Origin: an uncultured Rickettsiales bacterium
Lineage (GTDB): Bacteria; Pseudomonadota; Alphaproteobacteria; Rickettsiales; CANDYO01
Assembly (NCBI GenBank): GCA_964356785.1
Contig: CAYHIS010000003.1
Coordinates: 51,323-115,322, forward strand
Length of the DNA stretch: 64,000 nt
Direction: 5' to 3'
Below are positions 1 through 8,256 of the stretch, one piece after another; the first letter of the stretch is position 1; the number at the start of each line of letters is the position of its first letter. The translations under genes were made by a program, and so were the position numbers. The notes beneath the pieces were generated by a model, which saw nothing but the letters and a program-made list of their open reading frames with translations, was not told the origin of the DNA and ran no database searches.

Positions 1-372
1 ACAGAAGATCTAATTTGGAATTGTTTAAATAAAGAGCAAAAAAAGCATCTAGAGCGAGATAAACAAATATATTTTAATAATGAGTTCTGTGAAGATGCTT
101 ATCCTATTTCTCAGAATTTAATTATTGAAGCTCGTAAACATCTATTGTTAAACAAGCCTATTAATATAAGCGCTCCTGTAAGGCTTATTCACGGCATGGA
201 TGATAATGATGTACCATACCAAACCTCTATAAGGATTGTAGAAAATATTACGAGCAGTAATGTAACATTACAACTAATAAGAAATGCTGGACATAGACTT
301 TCTAATCCTGATGAATTGGATATAATATATAAAACTATAGATTCTATTATTTATAATAATGTGAATATCTAA
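1..372 (+). CDS. alpha/beta-hydrolase fold protein, C-terminal part (5' end lies outside the window)
   Basis: Frame 1 is open from base 1. The tail 'VRLIHGMDDNDVPY...IRNAGHRL' looks like the Asp/His end of alpha/beta hydrolases. Confidence 0.55.
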   Translation, partial: TEDLIWNCLNKEQKKHLERDKQIYFNNEFCEDAYPISQNLIIEARKHLLLNKPINISAPVRLIHGMDDNDVPYQTSIRIVENITSSNVTLQLIRNAGHRLSNPDELDIIYKTIDSIIYNNVNI

Positions 373-1390
373 TAACTTGCGCAGGATTCATTACTACCCT
401 ACCCTTATTTTTATCTTTAATACATTGATGAAAAGACACATGCTCACAATCATTTTCTATGGAATTGTAGCTACAATCTTTAATAAAATCTTTTTTATAA
501 ATCGCTAAGCTACCAAAGCAAGAATTTACAGGTATAAGTTCTGAAGTTATAGAGTAAGATTTTTTTTGCCCCATTGGAACAATATGCAACCAATATAATC
601 TATTGATACTTTGCCAACCCGTTCTATAAAAGAAAATATTACGAATAATGTCGTTATTATAAGCGCATTTTTCTTGTGTAGGATTTATAGAGCATATTTC
701 TTGCCATTTACTTGGTGTGTATGGGAATTCATTATTTCTGAAGGCAAACATATCATACATCTCTCCTTTAGAATTTGAGATCCCATTTGAACAAACCATG
801 TCCCAATCATTGATTTTAGAAAAAGAATCAAAGATACCTCTAGCATCTACGCCGTGAGACATGTCCATATCAAGCATTATTACTAAGTCAAAATCCTCAT
901 ACTCTTTTATCTCTTGAAGATATTCATTTCTTGCATCAGCTAAGAATTTATGGTTGGGTCGTTTCTTAATACCATAAGTCTTAGAGAGGATTTTTACCTT
1001 TTTATCTTTTTCCATCCAGGTTTCAAAAGCTTGTTTTGTCCCGTCTTTAGAATCATTCTCAAAAATTACTATTCTATAATCTTTAAAAAAACTACTTAAA
1101 AAATAAATATGCTTAATGGTTGTTGGTAAATCTTTTAAGTTATCTCTAGCAATACCCGCAAAAATCACTTTATGCTTAGACATTTCATTTTTACCCATCT
1201 CAAGGATGTTGTTATTTAAATTATCTAGGATAGGAAGATTCTCTAGTGGAATTTTATTAAAATCGAACTCTTGTATTTGCTCTATAAATAATAACCGACG
1301 GTTCTCAATATCATTATATTCTTTTATTTCTAGTGCAGAAAAAATTATGATTATGATTAGTATAAATAAACTAACAAATTTTGTTTTCAT
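347..1390 (-). CDS. membrane-anchored GT-A (GT2-like) glycosyltransferase, Cys-rich C-terminal half
   Basis: N-terminal TM anchor 'FVSLFILIIIIIFSAL'. 'IVIFENDSKDGT' resembles the GT2 'DDGSTDGT' motif, followed by a DxD-like 'MLDMDM'. The track start at 1408 is TTG; I prefer the ATG at 1390. Confidence 0.55.
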   Translation of the reverse strand: MKTKFVSLFILIIIIIFSALEIKEYNDIENRRLLFIEQIQEFDFNKIPLENLPILDNLNNNILEMGKNEMSKHKVIFAGIARDNLKDLPTTIKHIYFLSSFFKDYRIVIFENDSKDGTKQAFETWMEKDKKVKILSKTYGIKKRPNHKFLADARNEYLQEIKEYEDFDLVIMLDMDMSHGVDARGIFDSFSKINDWDMVCSNGISNSKGEMYDMFAFRNNEFPYTPSKWQEICSINPTQEKCAYNNDIIRNIFFYRTGWQSINRLYWLHIVPMGQKKSYSITSELIPVNSCFGSLAIYKKDFIKDCSYNSIENDCEHVSFHQCIKDKNKGRVVMNPAQVIRYSHYYK

Positions 1391-1471
1391 ATCAGTGTAT
1401 ATTTGCAATTAGTTTTGATATCATTAATTAAATATGTTAAATTAGAATTAAAATAACTCACTAAATATATT

Positions 1472-1927
1472 ATGCGCTGTCCATTTTGCAATGTCGAAGA
1501 TACTCAAGTTAGAGATTCTCGCCCAACTGAAGATAAATTATCCGTTAGAAGAAGAAGATTCTGCGTGGAATGTGAATCAAGGTTCACCACTATAGAGAGA
1601 GTGCAATTAAAGGATTTAACCGTAATTAAACGCAACGGTGAGAAAAAATTATTTGATCGAGAGAAAATTAAAAGATCAATATATACTGCTATTAGAAAAA
1701 GACAAATATCTGAAGAAAAAATTGAAGCCATTGTTAATTCTGTTGTACGTGAGTTTGAAACCTCAAGTGAAGGCGAAATACTCACTAGCTCTATTGGTGA
1801 ATCTATAATGTTGGCTTTATCAAAAATAGATCAGGTGGCTTATGTTAGATTTGCTTCTGTATATAAAGACTTTAATACAGCAGCGGATTTTGAAGATTTT
1901 ATAAATAAACAGCTAAAAATTTCCTAA
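1472..1927 (+). CDS. nrdR: transcriptional repressor NrdR
   Basis: 'MRCPFCN...RRRRFCVECESRFTT' zinc ribbon plus ATP-cone, typical length of 151 aa. Confidence 0.93.
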   Translation: MRCPFCNVEDTQVRDSRPTEDKLSVRRRRFCVECESRFTTIERVQLKDLTVIKRNGEKKLFDREKIKRSIYTAIRKRQISEEKIEAIVNSVVREFETSSEGEILTSSIGESIMLALSKIDQVAYVRFASVYKDFNTAADFEDFINKQLKIS

Positions 1928-1933
1928 AAGAAA

Positions 1934-2647
1934 ATGAGCAAATCACTAAAACATATAGCAATTATTATGGATGGAAATGGTAGATGGGCTAGACAAAGAA
2001 ATCTCCCGCTATCTTTAGGTCATAAGCGAGGAGCTGAAGCCGCTAGAAACATTATAATTTCTTGTATTAAAAGAAAAATACCTTATTTAACTTTGTATAC
2101 TTTCTCTTCAGAGAATTGGAAACGCAATAATGAAGAGGTTGATGGATTAATTACTCTTCTAAAAATTTATTTAACAGATGAATTAGACTTACTCATAAAA
2201 AATAAAATACGCGTTAGATTTATAGGCGATAGAAATAAATTCTCCTCTGATATTATTGATCTGCTTAATAAATGCGAAGAATTAACCCATAATAACGATA
2301 AGCTATTTCTTCAAATAGCCTTAAGTTATGGAGCTAGAGACGAAATTATCTATGCACAAAAAAGACTTTTCACAGATTTAAATTCTGGTAAACTAAAAGT
2401 AGAAGAGCTTAATGAAGAGCTTTTTGGAAGCTATATGTATACCAACTCTATTCCTGATCCAGATTTATTTATTAGGACTAGTGGAGAATATAGAATAAGC
2501 AATTTTCTTTTATGGCAAATAGCTTATACGGAGCTTTATTTTACAAAAACATTATGGCCAGACTTTAGCGCAAAACATTTAAGTAGGGCTATAAATAACT
2601 TTAATAAAAGAGAGAGACGCTATGGTTTATCAAAGCAAATCTTATAA
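1934..2647 (+). CDS. uppS: undecaprenyl-diphosphate synthase
   Basis: 'HIAIIMDGNGRWA', 'FSSENWKR' and 'RTSGEYRISNFLLWQ' cis-prenyltransferase motifs. Confidence 0.95.
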   Translation: MSKSLKHIAIIMDGNGRWARQRNLPLSLGHKRGAEAARNIIISCIKRKIPYLTLYTFSSENWKRNNEEVDGLITLLKIYLTDELDLLIKNKIRVRFIGDRNKFSSDIIDLLNKCEELTHNNDKLFLQIALSYGARDEIIYAQKRLFTDLNSGKLKVEELNEELFGSYMYTNSIPDPDLFIRTSGEYRISNFLLWQIAYTELYFTKTLWPDFSAKHLSRAINNFNKRERRYGLSKQIL

Positions 2648-3272
2648 TTTCGTTTTACGCGTTATTTCAGCGCTTATATTAGTACCATTAGTATTGCTAA
2701 TGATAAAATTATCCGGCATGTATTTTACAGCTATGTTGTTGGCAGCTGCTATAATTATGGGAGGAGAATGGTATAATATTACATATCATCAAAAAACTTC
2801 TTTTAGAATATTTGGTGGTTTATATATTTTATTATCTTGCCTTTCTCTGTTATGGATAATAGATCAGCATCATATAGTTAATAATACAATCAAGTTTAAT
2901 GGCGTTAATACCGTAATGTCTATTTTTGTAATTGTTTGGGCCAATGATGTTGGTGGATATATTTTTGGCCGCACTTTTGGTGGAAAACTGCTTTGTCCTA
3001 AAATTAGCCCGAATAAGACTTGGGCTGGTTTTTTTGGAGGAGTAATTTTCGCTATTCTTATTAGTCCATTCTTAGGAGAAGGAATGGGGGCTGCAGGAAT
3101 TGCCGCTATGATCGCTTCCCTTGGTGATTTATTAGAATCATGGACAAAACGTAAATGTAAAGTAAAAGACAGCGGTCAATTGATCCCTGGGCATGGTGGT
3201 TTACTAGATAGGGTTGATGGAGTTCTTCTTCTATCTATTGTAGTTGCTGCGTTAGGAATATGGTTTAAATAA
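2622..3272 (+). CDS. cdsA: phosphatidate cytidylyltransferase (short form)
   Basis: Multi-TM protein with 'KISPNKTWAGFFGG' and 'KRKCKVKDSGQLIPGHGGLLDRVD' CTP-transferase signature. Follows uppS as in many bacteria. Confidence 0.9.
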   Translation: MVYQSKSYNFVLRVISALILVPLVLLMIKLSGMYFTAMLLAAAIIMGGEWYNITYHQKTSFRIFGGLYILLSCLSLLWIIDQHHIVNNTIKFNGVNTVMSIFVIVWANDVGGYIFGRTFGGKLLCPKISPNKTWAGFFGGVIFAILISPFLGEGMGAAGIAAMIASLGDLLESWTKRKCKVKDSGQLIPGHGGLLDRVDGVLLLSIVVAALGIWFK

Positions 3273-3275
3273 ACA

Positions 3276-4067
3276 TTGAAAATATCTACCTGGAACGTTA
3301 ATTCGATTAATGCAAGACTCTCACACTTACTTGATTGGTTGACCAAAAAAAAGCCTGATGTTGTTTTATTACAAGAACTTAAATGCACATCCGAGGCTTT
3401 TCCTTATGAGCAAATTGAAGATTTAGGTTATAATATAGAAGTGCATGGTCAGAAAACTTACAATGGTGTAGCTATATTATCTAAATTTCCTTTAAGTGAT
3501 GTTATTAAAGATTTTCCATTAAACCCTATTCCAGATGAAGCGCGTTATATAGAAGCGCTTGTGAATCTACCTAACTTAGCAATTAGGATCGCCTCTGTTT
3601 ATGTCCCTAATGGACAAGATTTATCTTCTGATAAATATCAAACTAAATTAAAATTCTTTGATTCTTTAAAAAAATATTATATGGAGCTTGTATCTTCAGA
3701 GGAGATGATTATAATTGGCGGAGATTTTAATGTTGCACATAGTGATATAGATTCATATGATCCAAAGGCCATAAATGAGTCTATATGCTTTAGCACAAAG
3801 GAAAGAGAGGCTCTACGTAAATTTTTAGCTACTGGTTTAATAGACATATATAGAATGTTAAACCAAAAGATACAAGGTTTTACGTGGTGGGATTATAGAG
3901 GAAATTCTTATAATAGAAATCATGGCCTTAGAATAGATTATTTATTTTCTTCTCCTGAGGTGGCTCAAGTATCAAAAGAATGTTACGAGAGCAAGGAATG
4001 GAGAGAAAAAGATAAGCCTTCTGATCATATACCTGTAACTTTAAAATTAGATCTAAAAACGGAGTAG
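3276..4067 (+). CDS. xthA: exodeoxyribonuclease III
   Basis: 'MKISTWNVNS' (TTG start), 'GGDFNVA', 'RIDYLF' and 'PSDHIPV' EEP-nuclease motifs. Confidence 0.92.
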   Translation: MKISTWNVNSINARLSHLLDWLTKKKPDVVLLQELKCTSEAFPYEQIEDLGYNIEVHGQKTYNGVAILSKFPLSDVIKDFPLNPIPDEARYIEALVNLPNLAIRIASVYVPNGQDLSSDKYQTKLKFFDSLKKYYMELVSSEEMIIIGGDFNVAHSDIDSYDPKAINESICFSTKEREALRKFLATGLIDIYRMLNQKIQGFTWWDYRGNSYNRNHGLRIDYLFSSPEVAQVSKECYESKEWREKDKPSDHIPVTLKLDLKTE

Positions 4068-4072
4068 CATTA

Positions 4073-4450
4073 ATGCCAAATATTGTAGCAATTGATGATG
4101 AGCAAACTTGCCTGGAGATTATAGATTTTTCTCTTAGAAGCAAAGGTCACAAAGTTTTTGGGTTTGATAATAGTATAGAAGCTATAAAGTTTTTAAGCAA
4201 CTCCGAAGATAAAATAGATGCAATTTTAGTTGATATGATGATGCCAAATATGGATGGGATTGAAACATTAGAAAGAATTCGTCAAATCGAAAAGGCGAAA
4301 TTTATACCAATAATTTTCCAAACCGGCACATCAGATTATGAACATTTAAATGCAAATGAAGAAGAACACGGTGTCACTTATATAATTCGCAAACCATATA
4401 AAAGAGACGAGCTAATTAAAATGGTTAATTTAGTTTTGTCTAAAAAATAA
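4073..4450 (+). CDS. single-domain response regulator (CheY-like receiver only)
   Basis: 'VAIDDE', phospho-acceptor context 'ILVDMMMPNMDG' and 'IRKPY'. 125 aa with no output domain. Confidence 0.85.
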   Translation: MPNIVAIDDEQTCLEIIDFSLRSKGHKVFGFDNSIEAIKFLSNSEDKIDAILVDMMMPNMDGIETLERIRQIEKAKFIPIIFQTGTSDYEHLNANEEEHGVTYIIRKPYKRDELIKMVNLVLSKK

Positions 4451-4461
4451 AGGAAAAATCA

Positions 4462-4989
4462 ATGTCAAAGCAAAGAATCCAACAGGAAAGGAAAAGTTAT
4501 AAACTAGATGATAATAAATCTAATTGCTTTATTGGAAGCCCAAAATCTTATGAAGATACAAGAAGTAGAAAAGAGTCTTGGGATAATATGGAAAAATATT
4601 GTTCAAATAATAGATCATCATCTTCAAATAACTCTTCTACGGTAAGTTCAATTAATACAACTAATGAAGGTGAACCCGATTCAAAATCATCATCCGTAAT
4701 AAACACATCTAGAGTAGTTAATTCTGAGCATATACCAAACTACAACACTTCATCTATACCAATCCCACCACCTATTGATGACTCGGATGATGAAGATAAT
4801 ACAATCTTTACTAATCATGTTAATAATAACGCCCATAATCTCGTTCCAATGCTTACTATAAATATACCTATAAATAATAATGCTAATAATAATGTTTCAG
4901 GTTATGAATCGGATGATGAAGATTTTATTGTTGGAAGATTAGATTTAATGCCTCCTCTTGGTTTTTATGACTCCTATCAAGATAAATAA
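4462..4989 (+). CDS. hypothetical Asn/Ser-rich acidic low-complexity protein
   Basis: 175-aa ORF starting 11 nt after the receiver gene. Contains poly-S/N tracts, 'DDSDDEDNTIF' and 'ESDDEDFIVG'. I recognise no domain. Confidence 0.5.
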   Translation: MSKQRIQQERKSYKLDDNKSNCFIGSPKSYEDTRSRKESWDNMEKYCSNNRSSSSNNSSTVSSINTTNEGEPDSKSSSVINTSRVVNSEHIPNYNTSSIPIPPPIDDSDDEDNTIFTNHVNNNAHNLVPMLTINIPINNNANNNVSGYESDDEDFIVGRLDLMPPLGFYDSYQDK

Positions 4990-4990
4990 T

Positions 4991-5587
4991 ATGCTTAAAT
5001 TTAAAGAAGAGATTTTACGAAAACTAGTTCATTTTTCATCTCTTTGGATTCCATTTCTTTATTTTTATAATAGTACAGCTTTTATGCTTAGAATCTTAAT
5101 ATCTTTATCTATCTTGGCTTTAAGCTTGGATATTAGTAAGAAATTTATCCCAAGTCTTAATATTCTTATTAAGAAACTAATGGGCTCAATTATGAGAGAG
5201 GAAGAAAAATCATCTAACAGTCTTTCAGGGGCTACTTATTTATTAGTAGCTTCAACCTTAACAATAGCTTTTTTTCCTAAAGAAATAGCTATATTCTCTT
5301 TAAGCATATTGGTTATTAGCGATTCAATGGCAGCTATTATAGGAAAAAAATATGGTAGAATTCATTTTATGAATAAAAGCCTGGAAGGGTCTCTATCTTT
5401 TGCTGCTTCAGCTTATGCTATATATTATTACTTTGCTAATTATCTGGAATTTAATTTGCCTTTTAAAGCAACATTAATTGCAATATTTTTTGGAACAATA
5501 GCGGAAGCTTTTGCAAAGAAAATCCATCTAGATGATAATTTGCTCATTCCTTTATCTATAAGCTTTTCTTTGCTTTTAGGAAGTTAA
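4991..5587 (+). CDS. polyprenol/dolichol/phytol kinase-family membrane protein (CTP-transferase-like)
   Basis: Multi-TM protein with 'ISDSMAAIIGKKYGRIHFMNKSLEGSLSF'. The ATG at 4991 avoids the overlap created by the track start at 4958. Confidence 0.65.
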   Translation: MLKFKEEILRKLVHFSSLWIPFLYFYNSTAFMLRILISLSILALSLDISKKFIPSLNILIKKLMGSIMREEEKSSNSLSGATYLLVASTLTIAFFPKEIAIFSLSILVISDSMAAIIGKKYGRIHFMNKSLEGSLSFAASAYAIYYYFANYLEFNLPFKATLIAIFFGTIAEAFAKKIHLDDNLLIPLSISFSLLLGS

Positions 5588-5666
5588 TTTAATATTAACC
5601 ACATTAAGATGCAGCTTTGATTGAATTCGGAAAAAACGCTACTCAACAAGGTTATACACATTAATC

Positions 5667-6929
5667 TCACTTAATAGGAAAAAATTCTATTGGTCCTGCT
5701 TCAATATAGTTAAGGTATCCGGTGTGTAAAGATTCACTATTATATGCAGCAAATAATGCGCTTACTGCCATAGCTAAACAATCATTATCTCCAGTTGTAT
5801 GAATGATATTAATTATAGCATGGTTTACGTTATCAAAATAAAGAAAGCTATAAATTAACAAAGAAAGAAACTCGTTATAACTGAATCCTGGTATATTGCT
5901 ATATACTAATATTGGATCAATTTTTTTATTAAACATCTCTATTCCTAATTTAATACTAGATATCGATTCTGTATTAATATCTTCATTGGCTATAATTTTA
6001 TTATATAAAAAATTCACAATTTCCATTTTTGAAAGATTATTAGTAACAAGTAATTTATTAAATAATGCTGCAAAAGTTCCAGCCACTACAGCAATGTCTT
6101 TATTAGAATGAGTAATAAGCGATTGAGAATAGGCTAGATTATATACCTGCTCTTCTGTTAACCTCTTATCCAAACCAATTATAAATGATCTACATATAGA
6201 GTTATTACTTATTCTATTAGGCCATTTTTTATTAGTTTCATTTATATTACTAAATGCTGGCGAAGCTAAATCAGAGAATATTAGTAATGTATTTTTATTA
6301 TAACCTCTTTTTCCATGATACAGGCCATCTACACCATAATTACCTGAGGCTTTCATTTCTAGCCAATGATTCTTAAAATTAGCAATTAATTTATTAGTAA
6401 AAACATCCCCATTCTCTAGTTTATCTAATGGAATTGAGGTTAAAGCTGTGCTAATAACATAAGATAATTCAATCTCATCACTATATATTAATTTACTATC
6501 TTGAGATAAATAATTGTTATTATACTTTCCATATGGAGCTATTGTTTTATGAGATTTAAGCTGATCTATAATATACCTTGTATTTATAACTCCATTAGGA
6601 AAAGTTTTCATTAGGTCATTACTAGATTCTACATTTTCTGTAAGAAATCCAAGAGCGTCACCTATTTTCATATTATTTATAATAGCTGACTTTTTTTCTA
6701 CAGAGTTTGTTCCTGGCATAGTTAGTTTTGAAATATATTTTTTAATTTTAATATAGTCATTTAAATCTACAGCGGAAAATCTAGAGTTATGTTGCTGCAC
6801 ACCAGTAGTATAAAGCAATAACTTATTTTTATAAAATGAATATGTATCTCCTACATCACCAATGAAAATAGCAAATATAAGAACTATGAACGCAATTGGA
6901 AGATATTGATATTTAACTATTCGTAGCAT
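5667..6929 (-). CDS. membrane-anchored ADP-ribosylglycohydrolase-fold (ARH/DraG-like) protein
   Basis: N-terminal TM 'LPIAFIVLIFAIFIG'. Four collinear ARH-like motifs: 'IGDALGFLTE', 'IYSDEIELSYVI', 'HSNKDIAVVAGTFAA' and 'TTGDNDCLAMAVSALFAAY'. Overlaps the upstream OMF gene by 17 nt. Confidence 0.5.
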   Translation of the reverse strand: MLRIVKYQYLPIAFIVLIFAIFIGDVGDTYSFYKNKLLLYTTGVQQHNSRFSAVDLNDYIKIKKYISKLTMPGTNSVEKKSAIINNMKIGDALGFLTENVESSNDLMKTFPNGVINTRYIIDQLKSHKTIAPYGKYNNNYLSQDSKLIYSDEIELSYVISTALTSIPLDKLENGDVFTNKLIANFKNHWLEMKASGNYGVDGLYHGKRGYNKNTLLIFSDLASPAFSNINETNKKWPNRISNNSICRSFIIGLDKRLTEEQVYNLAYSQSLITHSNKDIAVVAGTFAALFNKLLVTNNLSKMEIVNFLYNKIIANEDINTESISSIKLGIEMFNKKIDPILVYSNIPGFSYNEFLSLLIYSFLYFDNVNHAIINIIHTTGDNDCLAMAVSALFAAYNSESLHTGYLNYIEAGPIEFFPIK

Positions 6930-8256
6930 CTACTTTAATATTACCAGCAAAAGTTTTGAAAATATTTATTGTCGAGTCTACACTCAAAAGGCTTGAATTT
7001 ACAATCTTTATTTTAGAATATAAAAATCTTTTTTGACTCTCAATTACACTAATATAATCAACAAATCCTATTTTAAATTGTTTTTCAGTAAGTTTAAACG
7101 ATCTTGAATAGAGCTTTTCATTATCAGATAGATTAGCTAAATCTTTCTGTATAGTTTTATAAGTAGATAAACTATTAATAGCTTCACCAAAAGCTATTCT
7201 TACAGTTTGCTGATATTCTATTAAGCTTTGTGACTCAACCTCTTTTGTATATTCTACATTATTTTTAGTTCTACCAAAATCTATTACTGGTACCGTAGAT
7301 TCAACTAATATTCCACGATTCCTACTTGGTGTTTTAAATAAATTATTTAGAGAATTGCTTCCAAAACCAATAAAATTACTAAGTGAAATTTCAGGAAAAT
7401 AATCAGCTCTAGCAACTTTTACATTATATTTAGCAGATTTTAAGATATGTTCGGCAGCTAATATATCTGGTCTTTCTAGTAGTAGTTTAGAAGGTATTTT
7501 ACCCGGGAAAACAATATTAACCTGATTTAATTTTTTGCTTCTTATAATTTCCTGATCAAAATCTTTTCTGCCCAAAAGAATTTTGAGAGAGGTTTCTTGA
7601 TATACTAACTGCTGCTTAAGATCTAATAATTGTGAGTTAACCATATGGATTTGTGAAGCATAATTATTAAGTTCAATATTATCAATGTTTCCAACTTTAA
7701 ATTTCTTATTTTGAAGATCGTAAAGCTTCTCAGTTATTGATAATAATTCATTATAAATAGAAATTTTATTATCAAGCGCTATAATGTTAAAATATGCTTT
7801 AGATATTTCACTCGCTATTGTAATTTGTACAGATTTCTTGGTTGAATCTAGAGCAAGTAATTGTTCTCTTGCAGATTTATTGGCATTAGCCATTTTTCCC
7901 CATAAGTCAATTTGATAATTGATAACAGCAGAAAAAAAGAAACTATTATATGGTCTATGAAAAAAAGTGGTTTTCATATTCTCACTATCGCGCTTCTTTG
8001 ATCCTGAAGCAGCCAAATCTATTCTAGGTAATCTATCAGCTTCAGATATATGCAGGGCGCTTTGAGCCTTATTTACATTTACCATTGCAATAAGAATGTC
8101 ATTGTTTGATTTTAACCCCTCTTTAACCAAATCATTTAAATATTTATCTTCAAACTTTTCCCAAAATGAAATAATTTCAGCATTTGTTGAGACTTGATAA
8201 ACTTTATTAGAGCTGCAAGCTTGAAGTAATAATATAAGAATTAATAAAATACGCAT
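6913..8256 (-). CDS. outer-membrane efflux lipoprotein (TolC/NodT family)
   Basis: Lipobox-like 'LLLQACSS', ~450 aa, and the two-repeat coiled/beta pattern typical of OMF proteins. Starts immediately after the emrB stop. Confidence 0.8.
   Translation of the reverse strand: MRILLILILLLQACSSNKVYQVSTNAEIISFWEKFEDKYLNDLVKEGLKSNNDILIAMVNVNKAQSALHISEADRLPRIDLAASGSKKRDSENMKTTFFHRPYNSFFFSAVINYQIDLWGKMANANKSAREQLLALDSTKKSVQITIASEISKAYFNIIALDNKISIYNELLSITEKLYDLQNKKFKVGNIDNIELNNYASQIHMVNSQLLDLKQQLVYQETSLKILLGRKDFDQEIIRSKKLNQVNIVFPGKIPSKLLLERPDILAAEHILKSAKYNVKVARADYFPEISLSNFIGFGSNSLNNLFKTPSRNRGILVESTVPVIDFGRTKNNVEYTKEVESQSLIEYQQTVRIAFGEAINSLSTYKTIQKDLANLSDNEKLYSRSFKLTEKQFKIGFVDYISVIESQKRFLYSKIKIVNSSLLSVDSTINIFKTFAGNIKVDATNS

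Noticed and set aside
5667-6929. Could this be the missing EmrA/HlyD-type adaptor of the emrB pump?
   Set aside because: I see no lipoyl, coiled-coil or beta-barrel sequence features. Instead there are four collinear ARH-family motifs. Only the N-terminal TM topology resembles an adaptor.
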